A DNA stretch of 64,000 nt from Woeseiaceae bacterium (GTDB taxonomy: Bacteria; Pseudomonadota; Gammaproteobacteria; Steroidobacterales; Woeseiaceae): NCBI GenBank assembly GCA_013001045.1, contig JABDNG010000068.1, positions 7,789 to 71,788 of the forward strand, read 5' to 3'. The notes under the pieces are model-generated. The model was not told the DNA's origin and did no database searches. It saw only the letters and a list, made by a program, of their open reading frames with translations. Shown here piece by piece: positions 29,765-40,443 of the stretch (position 1 is the stretch's first letter; the number at the start of each line of letters is the position of its first letter). The translations under genes and the position numbers were made by a program.

Positions 29765-30217
29765 TTGGACGATCGGCAGGCCAGGTCCGGGAAGAGTGGC
29801 AATCGCACGATAAGCCAACTCATCGGAGAGGGTGCACGGGTCCTGCCGCAGAAATCGCACGGCTGGTTTCGGACCTGGTTTCGGAAGGTCTGGAGAGTGC
29901 GGGGCGGCGGGCTATACGCGTTGGGCTTTGCCGGCTTCTTCATAATTTTCGAGGTCGCGTCGCTGGGCGAGGACCTGGCGGGTGTCGGCAGCCTCTTCAA
30001 CGGGCAAGCCATCAGTTTTCTTGTCGAAGTTGTCATCGACTCGTTCAAGAATACGCTCAAGGCGCTGATGTGGCCCGTTTACGTTGTGCAACTGGCGCCT
30101 CCGTGGGGCGCGATCGCTTTGGGGCTGGCTTTCATCGCATTTACCCGCTATCTGAAACGGCCTGTCGAGAAATGGCTGTTTCGTGACGAATCGACAGACA
30201 ATCACCAGGGGCCGTAG
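29765..30217 (+). CDS. Hypothetical small membrane protein
   Basis: The ORF starts 5 nt after the SYLF stop. It has two or three hydrophobic segments (LYALGFAGFFIIF, APPWGAIALGLAFIAF). There is no in-frame ATG near the 5' end, so the start (TTG 29765 or a downstream CTG/GTG) is uncertain. Confidence 0.4.
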   Translation: MDDRQARSGKSGNRTISQLIGEGARVLPQKSHGWFRTWFRKVWRVRGGGLYALGFAGFFIIFEVASLGEDLAGVGSLFNGQAISFLVEVVIDSFKNTLKALMWPVYVVQLAPPWGAIALGLAFIAFTRYLKRPVEKWLFRDESTDNHQGP

Positions 30218-30232
30218 CCCGGGATCAAAACC

Positions 30233-32566
30233 ATGCATGTAAATACAGCAATTCGCCGTGCCCTGTTCACCATCGTCGTCTCATCCTTGCTGGGTGCGTG
30301 TGCACAACAGGCTCATCAACCGACGCCTGTCGCGGCGGCATCCGGCGTGCCCTTGACGAACGCGGCTATCTTCGAGGACCGGGCTTACAAGGCGAAAGTA
30401 CCGGGCGCCGTACGCTGGCTCGACGATGGGTCGGGCTATACGGCGCTGGAAACCGTCGAAGCCTACGAAGACGCCGAGCTGGAACTCGATGAGCTTGGCG
30501 AAGAAATAAACCCCTACCGGGAAATCGTGCAATACGATCCGCTGACACTCGAGCGAACGGTGCTGGTTTCCCTGAGTCAGTTGACGCCAGAGGGCGCAGA
30601 CCAGGCACTCGCTGTCGATGACTATCAATGGTCGGATGACAACAGCAAATTGCTGATTTACAGCAATAGCAGGAAGGTCTGGCGGCAACGAAGTCGAGGC
30701 GACTACTGGATTCTCGAATTCGACGGCCAGAAACTCTGGCAACTCGGCGGCGAATTGTCGGAACCCAGCCAGATGATGTTCGGCAAGTTCTCGCCGGACG
30801 CCACGAAATTCGCCTACGTATGGCGCGACAACATCTATGTGCAGGATCTCTCATCGGGAAACATCACAGCGCTGACGAACGATGCCTCCGACACGATAAT
30901 AAACGGACGGTTCGACTGGGCCTACGAAGAAGAGTTCGGCATTCTCGATGGTTTTCGCTGGAGCCCGGACAGTCGACGCATCGCCTACTGGCAACTGGAC
31001 ACGCACGCCGCACGCGATTTCCTGATCATCAACAATACCGACGAGTTGTACCCGACCGTTACTCGGATTCCGTATCCGAAGGTCGGGCAGGAAAACTCGG
31101 CGGCTCGAATAGGCATTGTAAGCGTCGATGATCAAAAAACGATCTGGGTAGCGTTACCCGGTATCGCAAAAGACATGTATGTCCCGCGCATGGACTGGGC
31201 GAATAACAGCGACCAGGTTCTCGTTCAGCAATTGAATCGCAAGCAGGACACGAACCGCGTTTTCTATGCCGACGCCGACACGGGGGGCGTCCAGGAAGCC
31301 TTCGTCGAACGGGAAGAGACGTTTATCGAGGATGTCATCGATCCCGAGTGGCTGAAAGACACTGATGTTTTTATCTGGCACAGCGAGCGCAGCGGTTGGC
31401 GACATATCTACTCCGTGAGTCGCGACGGGCGGACGTTCACGGATCTGACGCCGGGCGAGTTCGACGTCGTTGAGTTCATCTCGGTCGATGAAACTCGAGG
31501 CTGGCTGTACTTTATAGCGGCGCCTGAGAATGTGACACAGCGGTACTTATACCGCACACGACTCGACGGCAGCGGCCAGATGGAACGCGTTACGCCTGCC
31601 GAATTCGAAGGCACGAACAGCTACCAGGTGTCGGGAGACTCGGGTTGGGCCATTCAGACCTACTCGCGGTTCCTGCGGCCACCGGTATTCAATCTTGTGT
31701 CATTGCCGGATCACAAAGTGCACCACGTGCTCGAAGACAACGCAGATCTCGCCGCGAAGATCGCAGACCTGGGGCTCGGCGAACTCGAGTTCTACCAGGT
31801 CAAAGCGCAGGATGGACTGACGCTGGATGGCTTCATGTTGCGTCCGCCGAATTTCGATACAGAGCGCCGGTATCCGATTATCAACTACGTCTACGGTGAA
31901 CCATGGGGCCAGACAGTTCGGGACAGCTGGGGGGGTTCAAGAAACCTGTGGCACATGCTGATGTCGCAGCGCGGCTTCATCATTTCTTCGATCGACAACC
32001 GCGGTACGCGAGCGCCGCGCGGCCGTGACTGGCGACGTTCTATTTACGGGGCGGTTGGCATCCTCGGATCTCGTGACCAGTCCGACTCACTAAAGGCCAT
32101 CTGTTCGCGCTGGCGGTCTGTGGATTGTGATCGTGTCGGCGTCTGGGGTCACTCCGGCGGCGGTTCAATGACGCTCAACCTGATGTTCCGGTATCCCGAC
32201 CAGTATCACGTCGGCATCTCGCGAGCCCCGGTGGCGGATCAGCGCTTGTACGACTCGATCTACCAGGAGCGTTACTCGGGCCTCCTCTCCGACTATGAGG
32301 AAGGTTATCGGCTGGGCTCACCGATCACCCATGCATCTCAGCTCGAGGGCAAATTGCTCATCATGCATGGCACCGGGGACGACAATGTGCACTACCAGGG
32401 TACGGAGCGCCTTATTAACGAACTGGTCAAGCATAACCGTCTGTTTGACATGCTCGCGTACCCGAATCGCCAGCATGGCATTCGCAAGGGCGAGGGAACC
32501 GAGTTGCACATGTATGCAACGATGACGGCTTATTTCGAGGAACACCTCAAGGCGTCAGCTCGATGA
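30233..32566 (+). CDS. S9B-family dipeptidyl-peptidase IV-like serine peptidase (lipoprotein-type signal)
   Basis: Signal with LLGAC lipobox, a DPPIV_N-like propeller (FRWSPDS..IAYW), and a C-terminal alpha/beta hydrolase with GVWGHSGGG, HGTGDDNVH and NRQHG. Confidence 0.85.
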   Translation: MHVNTAIRRALFTIVVSSLLGACAQQAHQPTPVAAASGVPLTNAAIFEDRAYKAKVPGAVRWLDDGSGYTALETVEAYEDAELELDELGEEINPYREIVQYDPLTLERTVLVSLSQLTPEGADQALAVDDYQWSDDNSKLLIYSNSRKVWRQRSRGDYWILEFDGQKLWQLGGELSEPSQMMFGKFSPDATKFAYVWRDNIYVQDLSSGNITALTNDASDTIINGRFDWAYEEEFGILDGFRWSPDSRRIAYWQLDTHAARDFLIINNTDELYPTVTRIPYPKVGQENSAARIGIVSVDDQKTIWVALPGIAKDMYVPRMDWANNSDQVLVQQLNRKQDTNRVFYADADTGGVQEAFVEREETFIEDVIDPEWLKDTDVFIWHSERSGWRHIYSVSRDGRTFTDLTPGEFDVVEFISVDETRGWLYFIAAPENVTQRYLYRTRLDGSGQMERVTPAEFEGTNSYQVSGDSGWAIQTYSRFLRPPVFNLVSLPDHKVHHVLEDNADLAAKIADLGLGELEFYQVKAQDGLTLDGFMLRPPNFDTERRYPIINYVYGEPWGQTVRDSWGGSRNLWHMLMSQRGFIISSIDNRGTRAPRGRDWRRSIYGAVGILGSRDQSDSLKAICSRWRSVDCDRVGVWGHSGGGSMTLNLMFRYPDQYHVGISRAPVADQRLYDSIYQERYSGLLSDYEEGYRLGSPITHASQLEGKLLIMHGTGDDNVHYQGTERLINELVKHNRLFDMLAYPNRQHGIRKGEGTELHMYATMTAYFEEHLKASAR

Positions 32567-33647
32567 TCAATCCCTCGTCCGCTGCAATGCGTCCTTCGCA
32601 AACGTCTTCGTAAACATCGGCCAGGCCCTGTAGCCCGTCGATCTTGCGGAGCCGTAACCAGGTACGGCTCTTCATCGCCGTCTGTTGCATGAAGCTCGCG
32701 GTCTTTTTCGCGAAGCCGTCCGGCCCCCAGTCCTGCATTCGTTGTTGAATATGCGTCGGCGCAAAGAAGAACTTGCTGCGCTCTGCGATCACGCCGGCGC
32801 CTGGTTTGGCTTCATCCCAATGAGTGAGACCGACCTTGATGCAGCGCTTCATGTTGTCGCCGAGGTGTGCATGCAGGCGCCCGAGTACCTCGCCGTTGCC
32901 GGCCATGTCGACGATGACCGTGGGGATCGCCGCATCGACGTCGGACAGTGTTTCGTAGGTGACGCTTTGCTCGTAAAGCCCCAGTTTGTTGACGAAGTCC
33001 AGGTTGCGTTTCGAGGTTATCGCGATCGACGGCGGTGCGGTGGCATCGTCATCGAGCGCGTAGGCCAGGCCGATACTCGTCTTGCTCGAGGCGCTCACGA
33101 TGACGACTTGCTGCGCCCCGTACCAGTCCTCGCTTTGCAACGCGTCCCACAGGCAAAACGACGTAATGTGCAGTGGCCATAGCAACATGCGCTCATTGTC
33201 ACCCGCGCGATCATAGCCGGGCTCGGCATTCACTCGCGTGTACAGGTTGTAGCCGGCTGGCAGATCTGCACGATGCGCGGCGCCGTCGATAAAGCGCTGC
33301 GGGGTGATGCGGGTCGGTGTCAGATCGAGCTGGGTCGCCGGCGGAAAATAACCGAACAGACGTTCCCCGACCGGTATATCAGCGGTTTTTGATGCGATGA
33401 CTTCGGCGAAACCCCAGACCGGCATCATGCCCCAGCCGTCGGCGTCTTCGCCGCCGGGTGGGAAGAATTGCCAGTAACCGATTCGGTCGCCGGTCACGGC
33501 GTACGTCACGTTGTTGGCGGTAAACGCGAAGTACTCGATCCTGACGCGTATGTCGCCGTCAGCGAGTGCCGCTTCACTGTCCGCAGTTGTGAATGACACA
33601 ATGCGGTGTACCCTGAAATCGTCTTTGCGAATCTGAAATTCAATCAT
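32547..33647 (-). CDS. DUF2855-family protein (function unknown)
   Basis: 366 aa. The N-terminal part (FAFTANNVTYA..GD.IGYWQFFP) matches what I recall for DUF2855. Its start overlaps the stop of the upstream NhaC-family gene by 8 nt. Confidence 0.55.
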   Translation of the reverse strand: MIEFQIRKDDFRVHRIVSFTTADSEAALADGDIRVRIEYFAFTANNVTYAVTGDRIGYWQFFPPGGEDADGWGMMPVWGFAEVIASKTADIPVGERLFGYFPPATQLDLTPTRITPQRFIDGAAHRADLPAGYNLYTRVNAEPGYDRAGDNERMLLWPLHITSFCLWDALQSEDWYGAQQVVIVSASSKTSIGLAYALDDDATAPPSIAITSKRNLDFVNKLGLYEQSVTYETLSDVDAAIPTVIVDMAGNGEVLGRLHAHLGDNMKRCIKVGLTHWDEAKPGAGVIAERSKFFFAPTHIQQRMQDWGPDGFAKKTASFMQQTAMKSRTWLRLRKIDGLQGLADVYEDVCEGRIAADEGLIIELTP

Positions 33648-35571
33648 TGTGAATTACTCTCTGGCCGACAGGTTTGCCGAGGAAACGATGCACGACAACC
33701 AGTACGATCGCGGCGCTCGGCAGCAGTAAATACCACGGCAGTCCGAACCCGGCCGGCAAAACGCCGAGGGCGAGAGCGGTGATTCCGCCCAACAACGCGT
33801 AGGGCAGCTGTGTGCGCACGTGATCCATGTGGTCGCAACCCGTCGCGAGTGACGACAGCACCGTCGTATCGGAAATGGGCGAACAATGATCGGCCCAGAC
33901 CGCGCCCGTGAGAACGCAGGCAATGCAGGAATACAGAATGTGCATGTGTTCCGCATCCGCTATGCCGTGAGACTGCAACACCGCCCAGCAGAGTGGAATA
34001 ACCAGCGGCATGAGAATGGCCATCACGCCCCAGCTGGAACCCGAGGCGAATGCCGTTGCGGCCGCGAGTGCGAAAACCATGGCCGGCAGCGTGTACGGTG
34101 ACAACGAGTCGCCGAGCACGGAAATCAGGTAGGGCGCCGTCTGCAGGACTCCCGCAACGTCGGCGATCGCCCACGCCATGATCAACAACACGAGACCTGT
34201 CATCATGAAGCGCGCACCGGCGAGCCAGGCGTCGACGGTCTCATTGAGCGTCAACAGTCGCTGGCCCAACGACAGTGAAGTGGCCATAAGGCAGCCCAGC
34301 AGCGATGCCCAGATCAGGACGGAGTAGGCGTTGGCGCTGCCGATGATATCCGTGACGGTCTCGCCTTCGCCGCTGATAAAGAGGCCGATGATCACGGTCA
34401 GGATCATGGTCACGATGGGCAGTACCGCGTTTATTGCACGGCACGGAATTTTTTCCTTGTGATAGAAATCGTCGCCGGATTTGTCCGTGCTTGCCGTCGC
34501 TGTTTTGCGCATGACTTCGCCGCTATGTCGCGCGCGAGTCTCGGCCTTGTACATGGGGCCGAAGTCCTTGCCGGTGTAGACAATCAGAAAGACGAAGAAG
34601 ATCGCCAGGAACGGGTAAAAGCTGTAAGGGATGGAGTTCAGGAACAACATGTAAGGCGTCTGGTCGATGCCCTCAAGATCTTCGATGGCCGAGTCGATAA
34701 GGCCAACCTGAAAACCGATCCAGGTTGTAATGACGGCGATCGTCGATACCGGCGCGGCCGTCGAGTCAACGAGGTAGGCGAGTTTTTCACGCGAGATATG
34801 CAGTTTGTCGCTCATCGGCCGCGTTGCGTTGCCCACGATCATCGTATTGGCATAGTCGTCGAAGAATATCGCCAGTCCCAGCGTCGCAACGACACCCTGT
34901 CCGCGTCGCGGGCTGCGCGCGAAAGGCATGATGCGATCGACGATGCCGACCATGCCGCCGTTTCGCGAAATCACGCCCACCATGCCGCCGATGAGGAACG
35001 TGAATGCCATGATGGCCATATGATCCGGGTCAATCGCGGTATTGACGATATAGACCGTGACGGTTTCGAAGAAGCCGATGAAGCCACCCCACCAGGTCAT
35101 GCCGTTGATCGCCCACGCACCAACGACGAGTCCGACGAACAAGGCGGGGATGACCGAGCGCATGAGGAAGGCGAGCAAGATCGCGATGAGTGGCGGCAAA
35201 ATCGATACCGACGCAGGAATGACCGAGATCTCCTTTGCGAGAACCGATTTTCCGTTGCGTCGAACATCGATCCGGGCCGTGCCGGTATCTGCAACTTCGA
35301 TGCCCGCCGCCGCGAGGCTGGTGCCGGAGCCTTTCGCGACGAGTTTGTCATTGACCAGTATTTCAATGCGACTGCCGGCAGCGAGGCCATCGACCGCGAC
35401 ATCGAAGCCGACGTTCGTCAGGAGCACTTGTGGCGCATCGATCGTGGCGTCATCGGCAAGCGCCGGGGCAGCTAGTAAGAGCAGGGGCAGGCACGCAATG
35501 ATGCCCGCAAGGCCTGCGGTCGTTAAGCGGTTCAGAGTCTTCCCCTTGTTATTATTTTTCGGCGCGCCCAT
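33640..35571 (-). CDS. NhaC-family transporter with an N-terminal secreted extension of about 110 aa
   Basis: Polytopic core with the NhaC-type duplicated layout (GMVGVISRNGGMVG..., FFDDYANT..., SDTTVLSS). It is preceded by a signal peptide and a beta-rich soluble segment (aa about 40-120). Confidence 0.7.
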   Translation of the reverse strand: MGAPKNNNKGKTLNRLTTAGLAGIIACLPLLLLAAPALADDATIDAPQVLLTNVGFDVAVDGLAAGSRIEILVNDKLVAKGSGTSLAAAGIEVADTGTARIDVRRNGKSVLAKEISVIPASVSILPPLIAILLAFLMRSVIPALFVGLVVGAWAINGMTWWGGFIGFFETVTVYIVNTAIDPDHMAIMAFTFLIGGMVGVISRNGGMVGIVDRIMPFARSPRRGQGVVATLGLAIFFDDYANTMIVGNATRPMSDKLHISREKLAYLVDSTAAPVSTIAVITTWIGFQVGLIDSAIEDLEGIDQTPYMLFLNSIPYSFYPFLAIFFVFLIVYTGKDFGPMYKAETRARHSGEVMRKTATASTDKSGDDFYHKEKIPCRAINAVLPIVTMILTVIIGLFISGEGETVTDIIGSANAYSVLIWASLLGCLMATSLSLGQRLLTLNETVDAWLAGARFMMTGLVLLIMAWAIADVAGVLQTAPYLISVLGDSLSPYTLPAMVFALAAATAFASGSSWGVMAILMPLVIPLCWAVLQSHGIADAEHMHILYSCIACVLTGAVWADHCSPISDTTVLSSLATGCDHMDHVRTQLPYALLGGITALALGVLPAGFGLPWYLLLPSAAIVLVVVHRFLGKPVGQRVIHND

Positions 35572-35591
35572 GGCGCTCGCGGCCCATCCTA

Positions 35592-38426
35592 TCAGTTGGT
35601 CTCGACGATCTTCCCTTGCTGTTCCGCGCGAGCGGCGAATTCATCCTGCCAGAGCGAGCGATGCGACGCCGGCGCTATCTGGACCGCCGTGACCTTGTAC
35701 TCAGGGCAGTTGGTTGCCCAGTCGCTGTATTCCGTCGTCACGACGTTGGCACCGGTCTCGGGATTATGAAACGTCGTGTAAACAACGCCCGGTTTCACTC
35801 GAGTTGTTATCTTGGCGCGCAACGTAATATCACCCTTGCGGCTGGCAAGCGCAACGAGCTCGCCGTCTCGTATGCCGCGCGTCTCAGCATCGTGCGGATG
35901 AACCTCGAGAAGATCCTCGCCATACCAGACGTTATTGGCCGTACGCCGGGTTTGCGCGCCGACGTTGTACTGCGACAGGATTCTCCCGGTGGTTAGCAAT
36001 AGCGGGAATTTCCGGTTCGTGCGTTCTTCGGTGGGAACGTAGTCCGTCTCGACGAACAGTCCCTTGCCTCGCACAAACTGGTCGATGTGCATGATGGGCG
36101 TGCCCATTGGGGCGTCGTCATTGCAGGGCCACTGCACGCTGCCAACCTTATCGAGAAACTCGAAGCTGACGTTGTTGAATGTTGGCGTGAGCTCGGCGAC
36201 TTCATCCATGATCTGCGCCGCGTTGTCGTAGTGCATCGGGTAGCCCATCGCAACGCTTAGTTCCTGCGTGATCAACCACTCGTCCTTGCCTTGTTGCGCC
36301 GGCATAACGGGGCGTACCCGATTGATGCGCCGCTCGGCGTTGATGAATGTGCCGTCTTTTTCGAGGAAAGACGTGCCGGGCAGGAACACGTGTGCGAACT
36401 TGGCGGTCTCGTTCAGAAACAGGTCCTGTACGACGATGCACTCCATATTGCTCAGCGCCGCTTCGACATGATGGGTGTCAGGATCGGACTGGGCGAGATC
36501 TTCGCCCTGGATGTACATGCCCTTGAATTCTCCGGCGCATGCCGCATCGAACATGTTCGGAATTCGAAAGCCCGGCTCGGGATCGATCGTGACGCCCCAG
36601 TGTTGCTCGAACTGGCTGCGCACGTCGTCATCCGCGACCGGCCTGTAGCCAGCCAGCTCGTGCGGAAACGAGCCCATGTCACAGGAGCCCTGCACGTTGT
36701 TCTGGCCGCGCAGCGGATTCACGCCGACACCGGATCGGCCAATGTTGCCCGTCGCCATCGCGAGGTTGGCCATGCCCATTACCATGGTCGAGCCCTGGCT
36801 GTGCTCGGTTACGCCCAGGCCGTAATAGATAGCGCCGTTCTTTGCGCCGCCATAGAGCCGCGCCGCCGCACGAATGGTCTCGGCGTCGACACCCGAAACT
36901 TTTGCCACTGCTTCCGGCGAATTTTCGGGCCTCAGAATCATGGCTTTCCAGGATTCGAACGAGTCCACTTCGCAACGCGCCTGGACGTAATCATTGTCGA
37001 CCAGTCCTTCGTCCACGATGACATGCGCGAGCGCATTGATGACCGGCACGTTCGTGCCCGGCAGTAATGGCAGGTGATGGGCGGCTTCGATATGCGCTGA
37101 GCGCACGAGGCCGATTTCCCGCGGATCGACAACAATGAGCTGGGCGCCTTCGCGCAGTCTCCGTTTCATCTGCGAGGCGAACACGGGGTGCGCCACGGTC
37201 GGGTTGGCGCCAATTACCATGATGACATCGGCGTCCATGACACTGTCGAACGGTTGCGTCCCGGCCGACGTGCCCAGCGTCGTTTTGAGCCCATAGCCGG
37301 TCGGGGAGTGGCAGACGCGTGCGCAGGTGTCGACGTTGTTATTGCCGAATGCAGCACGCACGAGTTTTTGTACGACAAAGACTTCTTCGTTGGTGCAGCG
37401 CGATGAGGTGATGCCGCCGATGGACTTGCGGCCATGTTCGTGCTGGATTTCCTTGAATCGACGTGCCGCAAAACCGATCGCTTCGTCCCAACTGACTTCG
37501 CGCCAGGGATCGCTCGTGTTGTCTCGAACCAGAGGCTTCATGACACGATCGCGATGCGACGCGTAACCCCAGGCGAATCGACCTTTCACACAGCTGTGGC
37601 CGTGATTTGCCTGCCCGTCCTTGTAAGGCGTCATGCGCACCACCTGGTCGCCTTTCATCTCGGCCTGGAACGAACAGCCGACTCCGCAATAGGCGCAAGT
37701 GGTAACGACGCTGTGGTCGGGCATGCCGTTATCGACGATGCTCTTTTCCATGAGCGTGGCGGTCGGGCAAGCCTGCACGCAGGCGCCGCAGGAGACGCAT
37801 TCGGAGTCGAGAAAACTCTCGCCGATGCCGGCCGAGACTTTTGACTTGAATCCGCGGCCCTCGATCGTAAGCGCAAACGTACCCTGCACCTCATCGCAGG
37901 CGCGCACACAACGCGAACAAACGATGCACTTCGATGCATCGAACTGGAAATAGGGGTTGCTGGCGTCGACCGGCGCGTCCAGGTGGTTTTCGCCATCGAA
38001 GCCGTAGCGCACGTCGCGCAGGCCGACGACGCCTGCCATGTCCTGAAGTTCGCAATCGCCGTTCGCCGAACAGGTCAGGCAATCCAGCGGGTGGTCGGAT
38101 ATGTACAGTTCCATGACATTGCGGCGAATCCTCGACAGCGCTTCGGTCTGCGTGCGGATTTTCATACCGGCTTCGACGGGCGTGGTGCACGAGGCCGGAT
38201 AGCCTTTGCGGCCCTCGATTTCGACGAGACAGAGCCGGCACGAACCGAAGGGCTTGACGCTGTCGGTTGCGCAGAGCTTGGGAACATCGACGCCGGATTC
38301 GCGTGCCGCGCGCAAGATGCTCGAGCCGGCCCGGACCGTCGCCGGCAGGCCGTCGATCTCGACTGTTACGGTTTCGGCGCGGCGGCTCGCCGGCGTGCCG
38401 CGGTCAACTTGTCGTGTCTTGTTCAT
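35592..38426 (-). CDS. fdsA: NAD-dependent formate dehydrogenase alpha subunit (Mo-bisPGD, Fe-S)
   Basis: N-terminal 2Fe-2S and 4Fe-4S Cys clusters (C..C..C, CIVCSRCVRAC, CVSCGACVQACP). The molybdopterin oxidoreductase core is 944 aa. There is no in-frame TGA, so it is the Cys type. Confidence 0.9.
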   Translation of the reverse strand: MNKTRQVDRGTPASRRAETVTVEIDGLPATVRAGSSILRAARESGVDVPKLCATDSVKPFGSCRLCLVEIEGRKGYPASCTTPVEAGMKIRTQTEALSRIRRNVMELYISDHPLDCLTCSANGDCELQDMAGVVGLRDVRYGFDGENHLDAPVDASNPYFQFDASKCIVCSRCVRACDEVQGTFALTIEGRGFKSKVSAGIGESFLDSECVSCGACVQACPTATLMEKSIVDNGMPDHSVVTTCAYCGVGCSFQAEMKGDQVVRMTPYKDGQANHGHSCVKGRFAWGYASHRDRVMKPLVRDNTSDPWREVSWDEAIGFAARRFKEIQHEHGRKSIGGITSSRCTNEEVFVVQKLVRAAFGNNNVDTCARVCHSPTGYGLKTTLGTSAGTQPFDSVMDADVIMVIGANPTVAHPVFASQMKRRLREGAQLIVVDPREIGLVRSAHIEAAHHLPLLPGTNVPVINALAHVIVDEGLVDNDYVQARCEVDSFESWKAMILRPENSPEAVAKVSGVDAETIRAAARLYGGAKNGAIYYGLGVTEHSQGSTMVMGMANLAMATGNIGRSGVGVNPLRGQNNVQGSCDMGSFPHELAGYRPVADDDVRSQFEQHWGVTIDPEPGFRIPNMFDAACAGEFKGMYIQGEDLAQSDPDTHHVEAALSNMECIVVQDLFLNETAKFAHVFLPGTSFLEKDGTFINAERRINRVRPVMPAQQGKDEWLITQELSVAMGYPMHYDNAAQIMDEVAELTPTFNNVSFEFLDKVGSVQWPCNDDAPMGTPIMHIDQFVRGKGLFVETDYVPTEERTNRKFPLLLTTGRILSQYNVGAQTRRTANNVWYGEDLLEVHPHDAETRGIRDGELVALASRKGDITLRAKITTRVKPGVVYTTFHNPETGANVVTTEYSDWATNCPEYKVTAVQIAPASHRSLWQDEFAARAEQQGKIVETN

Positions 38427-39973
38427 GGCTCATCTCCGGAAGACGCAAAATCTTCGGCGAAGTGATTCAGGACGCTGCGCACGGGATAGGGCGTCATTCC
38501 CCCCATCGCGCACAGAGACGCATGCTCCATTGTGTCACAGAGTTCGACCAGCAAATCGTAGTTTTCTTCCCGATTTTCGCCCGCGATCAGGCGATCGATG
38601 ACCTCTACGCCACGCGTGGAGCCGATTCTGCAGGGCGTACATTTGCCGCAGGACTCGATCGCGCAGAATTCCATGGCGAAGCGGGCCTGCTGAGCCATGT
38701 CCACCGTGTCGTCGAATACGACGATACCGCCATGGCCGATCATCGCGCCAATTTCGGTAAAGGCCTCGTAATCGAGGCTTATGTCGAGTTGTTCGGCGGT
38801 CAAGTATGCGCCCAGTGGCCCGCCTACCTGCACGGCCTTGACGGGCCGGCCGCTGGCCGTGCCACCGCCCCAGTCGTCGATGAGTTCACGCAGCGTGACA
38901 CCGAACGATTTTTCAACGAGCCCGCCGCGCCTGATATTGCCCGCTAATTGAAATGCCAGCGTACCTTTGGAGCGATTGATGCCCATGCCGGCGTAGCGCT
39001 CGCCGCCAAGATTGACGATGTTGGGCACGGACGCCAGCGTGACGACGTTATTGACGACGGTCGGTTTGCCGAACAGTCCTTCATGCGCGGGCAGCGGTGG
39101 TTTGTAACGAACGATGCCTTTCTTGCCTTCGAGACTTTCGAGCATCGCTGTTTCTTCACCGCACACATACGAGCCGGCGCCGAGATGCAGCTCGATCTCG
39201 AAATCAAAACCGCTGCCCTGGATATTGTCGCCGAGCCAGCCGTTTTCCCGGGCGACATCGAGCGCGCGTGAGAGGATCGAATGGGTCAGCGGGTATTCCG
39301 AACGCAGGTAGATATAGCCTTTGCTTGCCCCGACGGCGAAACCGGCAATCGCCATGCTTTCGATAAGGCCCAGCGGATCCCCTTCCATCAGCATGCGGTC
39401 GGAAAATGTACCGCTGTCCCCTTCGTCCGCGTTGCATGCAATGTATTTCTGATCGGCTTCAGTTGCAGCGACTGTGCGCCACTTGATGCCCGTCGGAAAT
39501 CCGGCGCCGCCGCGGCCACGCAAACCCGAGTCGGCAACGGCGTCGAGTACGGCATCGGGCCCGTCGGCGAACGCTTGCTGCAGCGCCTTGAATCCCTGGT
39601 GCGCAAGAAAATCATCGATCGAGAGCGGCTCCGTGAGTCCACAGCGCCAGAATGTCCAGCGGTCCTGCCCGATCAGGTAGGGCACCTCGGTGATCGGACC
39701 GAGCCTGCGTTCGTGCTCGCCGCCGTTGGGTAAGTCTGCGGCAAACATGCCGGCCACATCCTCCTTGGTGACGTTGCCGTACGCGATACGGACGCCGTCG
39801 ACCTCGACCTCGACCAGCGGCTCCAGCCACGTTGCTCCCCACGAACCATTGCGAATCAACCGAATGCTTGTGCCGGATCGCTTTGCTTCGCGCGCGATTT
39901 CGAGCGCGACCTCGTCGGCGCCGACAGAAACGGCGGCAGTCTCGCGTGGGACATAGATTCGGGTCGCCGACAT
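38423..39973 (-). CDS. fdsB: Formate dehydrogenase beta subunit (NuoF-like, FMN/NAD-binding)
   Basis: GLRGRGGAGFPTG, CNADEGDSG and C-terminal ESCGKCTPCR motifs. Confidence 0.9.
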   Translation of the reverse strand: MSATRIYVPRETAAVSVGADEVALEIAREAKRSGTSIRLIRNGSWGATWLEPLVEVEVDGVRIAYGNVTKEDVAGMFAADLPNGGEHERRLGPITEVPYLIGQDRWTFWRCGLTEPLSIDDFLAHQGFKALQQAFADGPDAVLDAVADSGLRGRGGAGFPTGIKWRTVAATEADQKYIACNADEGDSGTFSDRMLMEGDPLGLIESMAIAGFAVGASKGYIYLRSEYPLTHSILSRALDVARENGWLGDNIQGSGFDFEIELHLGAGSYVCGEETAMLESLEGKKGIVRYKPPLPAHEGLFGKPTVVNNVVTLASVPNIVNLGGERYAGMGINRSKGTLAFQLAGNIRRGGLVEKSFGVTLRELIDDWGGGTASGRPVKAVQVGGPLGAYLTAEQLDISLDYEAFTEIGAMIGHGGIVVFDDTVDMAQQARFAMEFCAIESCGKCTPCRIGSTRGVEVIDRLIAGENREENYDLLVELCDTMEHASLCAMGGMTPYPVRSVLNHFAEDFASSGDEP

Positions 39974-40443
39974 CAGTTATTTGCCTTCATCGCATCGACG
40001 AGTTCATCGAATCGGCCCTCGCTGACGCGGCCGTGCGTCTTGCCGTTAATCATCACGGCGGGCGCACAGGCGCAATTGCCGAGGCAGTAGACCGGTTCGA
40101 GTGTGACGTCCGCGTTCGTGGCATGCAGGTTGGCGCCAAGTAACGCCCGAGCATGGTCCGTGAGCTCACGGCCACCCATCGCCTGGCAGGCTTCGGCCTG
40201 GCAGATCTTCACGATATGTTGGCCGGGCGGCTCGGTACGAAAGTCATGGTAGTAGGTGACGACGCCATAGACGTCGGCGCGCGACAGGTTTAACTCGACG
40301 GCCAATTGGCGAATCGTGTCTTCAGATACCCAGCCGAAGCGCATGACGATCGTCTGCAAGATCTGCACGAGCATTTCCGGCCGGGCGCCGAACTGCCGCA
40401 CGATTTCGCTGGTTGTGTCCTTGTCGATGCGTCGTTCCGTCAT
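39973..40443 (-). CDS. fdsG: Formate dehydrogenase gamma subunit (NuoE-like 2Fe-2S)
   Basis: Has the C....C...C..C pattern (CQAEACQAMG ... CLGNCACAP) and is 156 aa. Confidence 0.85.
   Translation of the reverse strand: MTERRIDKDTTSEIVRQFGARPEMLVQILQTIVMRFGWVSEDTIRQLAVELNLSRADVYGVVTYYHDFRTEPPGQHIVKICQAEACQAMGGRELTDHARALLGANLHATNADVTLEPVYCLGNCACAPAVMINGKTHGRVSEGRFDELVDAMKANN

Noticed and set aside
35592-38426. Selenocysteine (in-frame TGA) in the formate dehydrogenase alpha subunit
   Set aside because: The 944-codon ORF is uninterrupted, which is consistent with the Cys-type NAD-dependent Fds enzymes.
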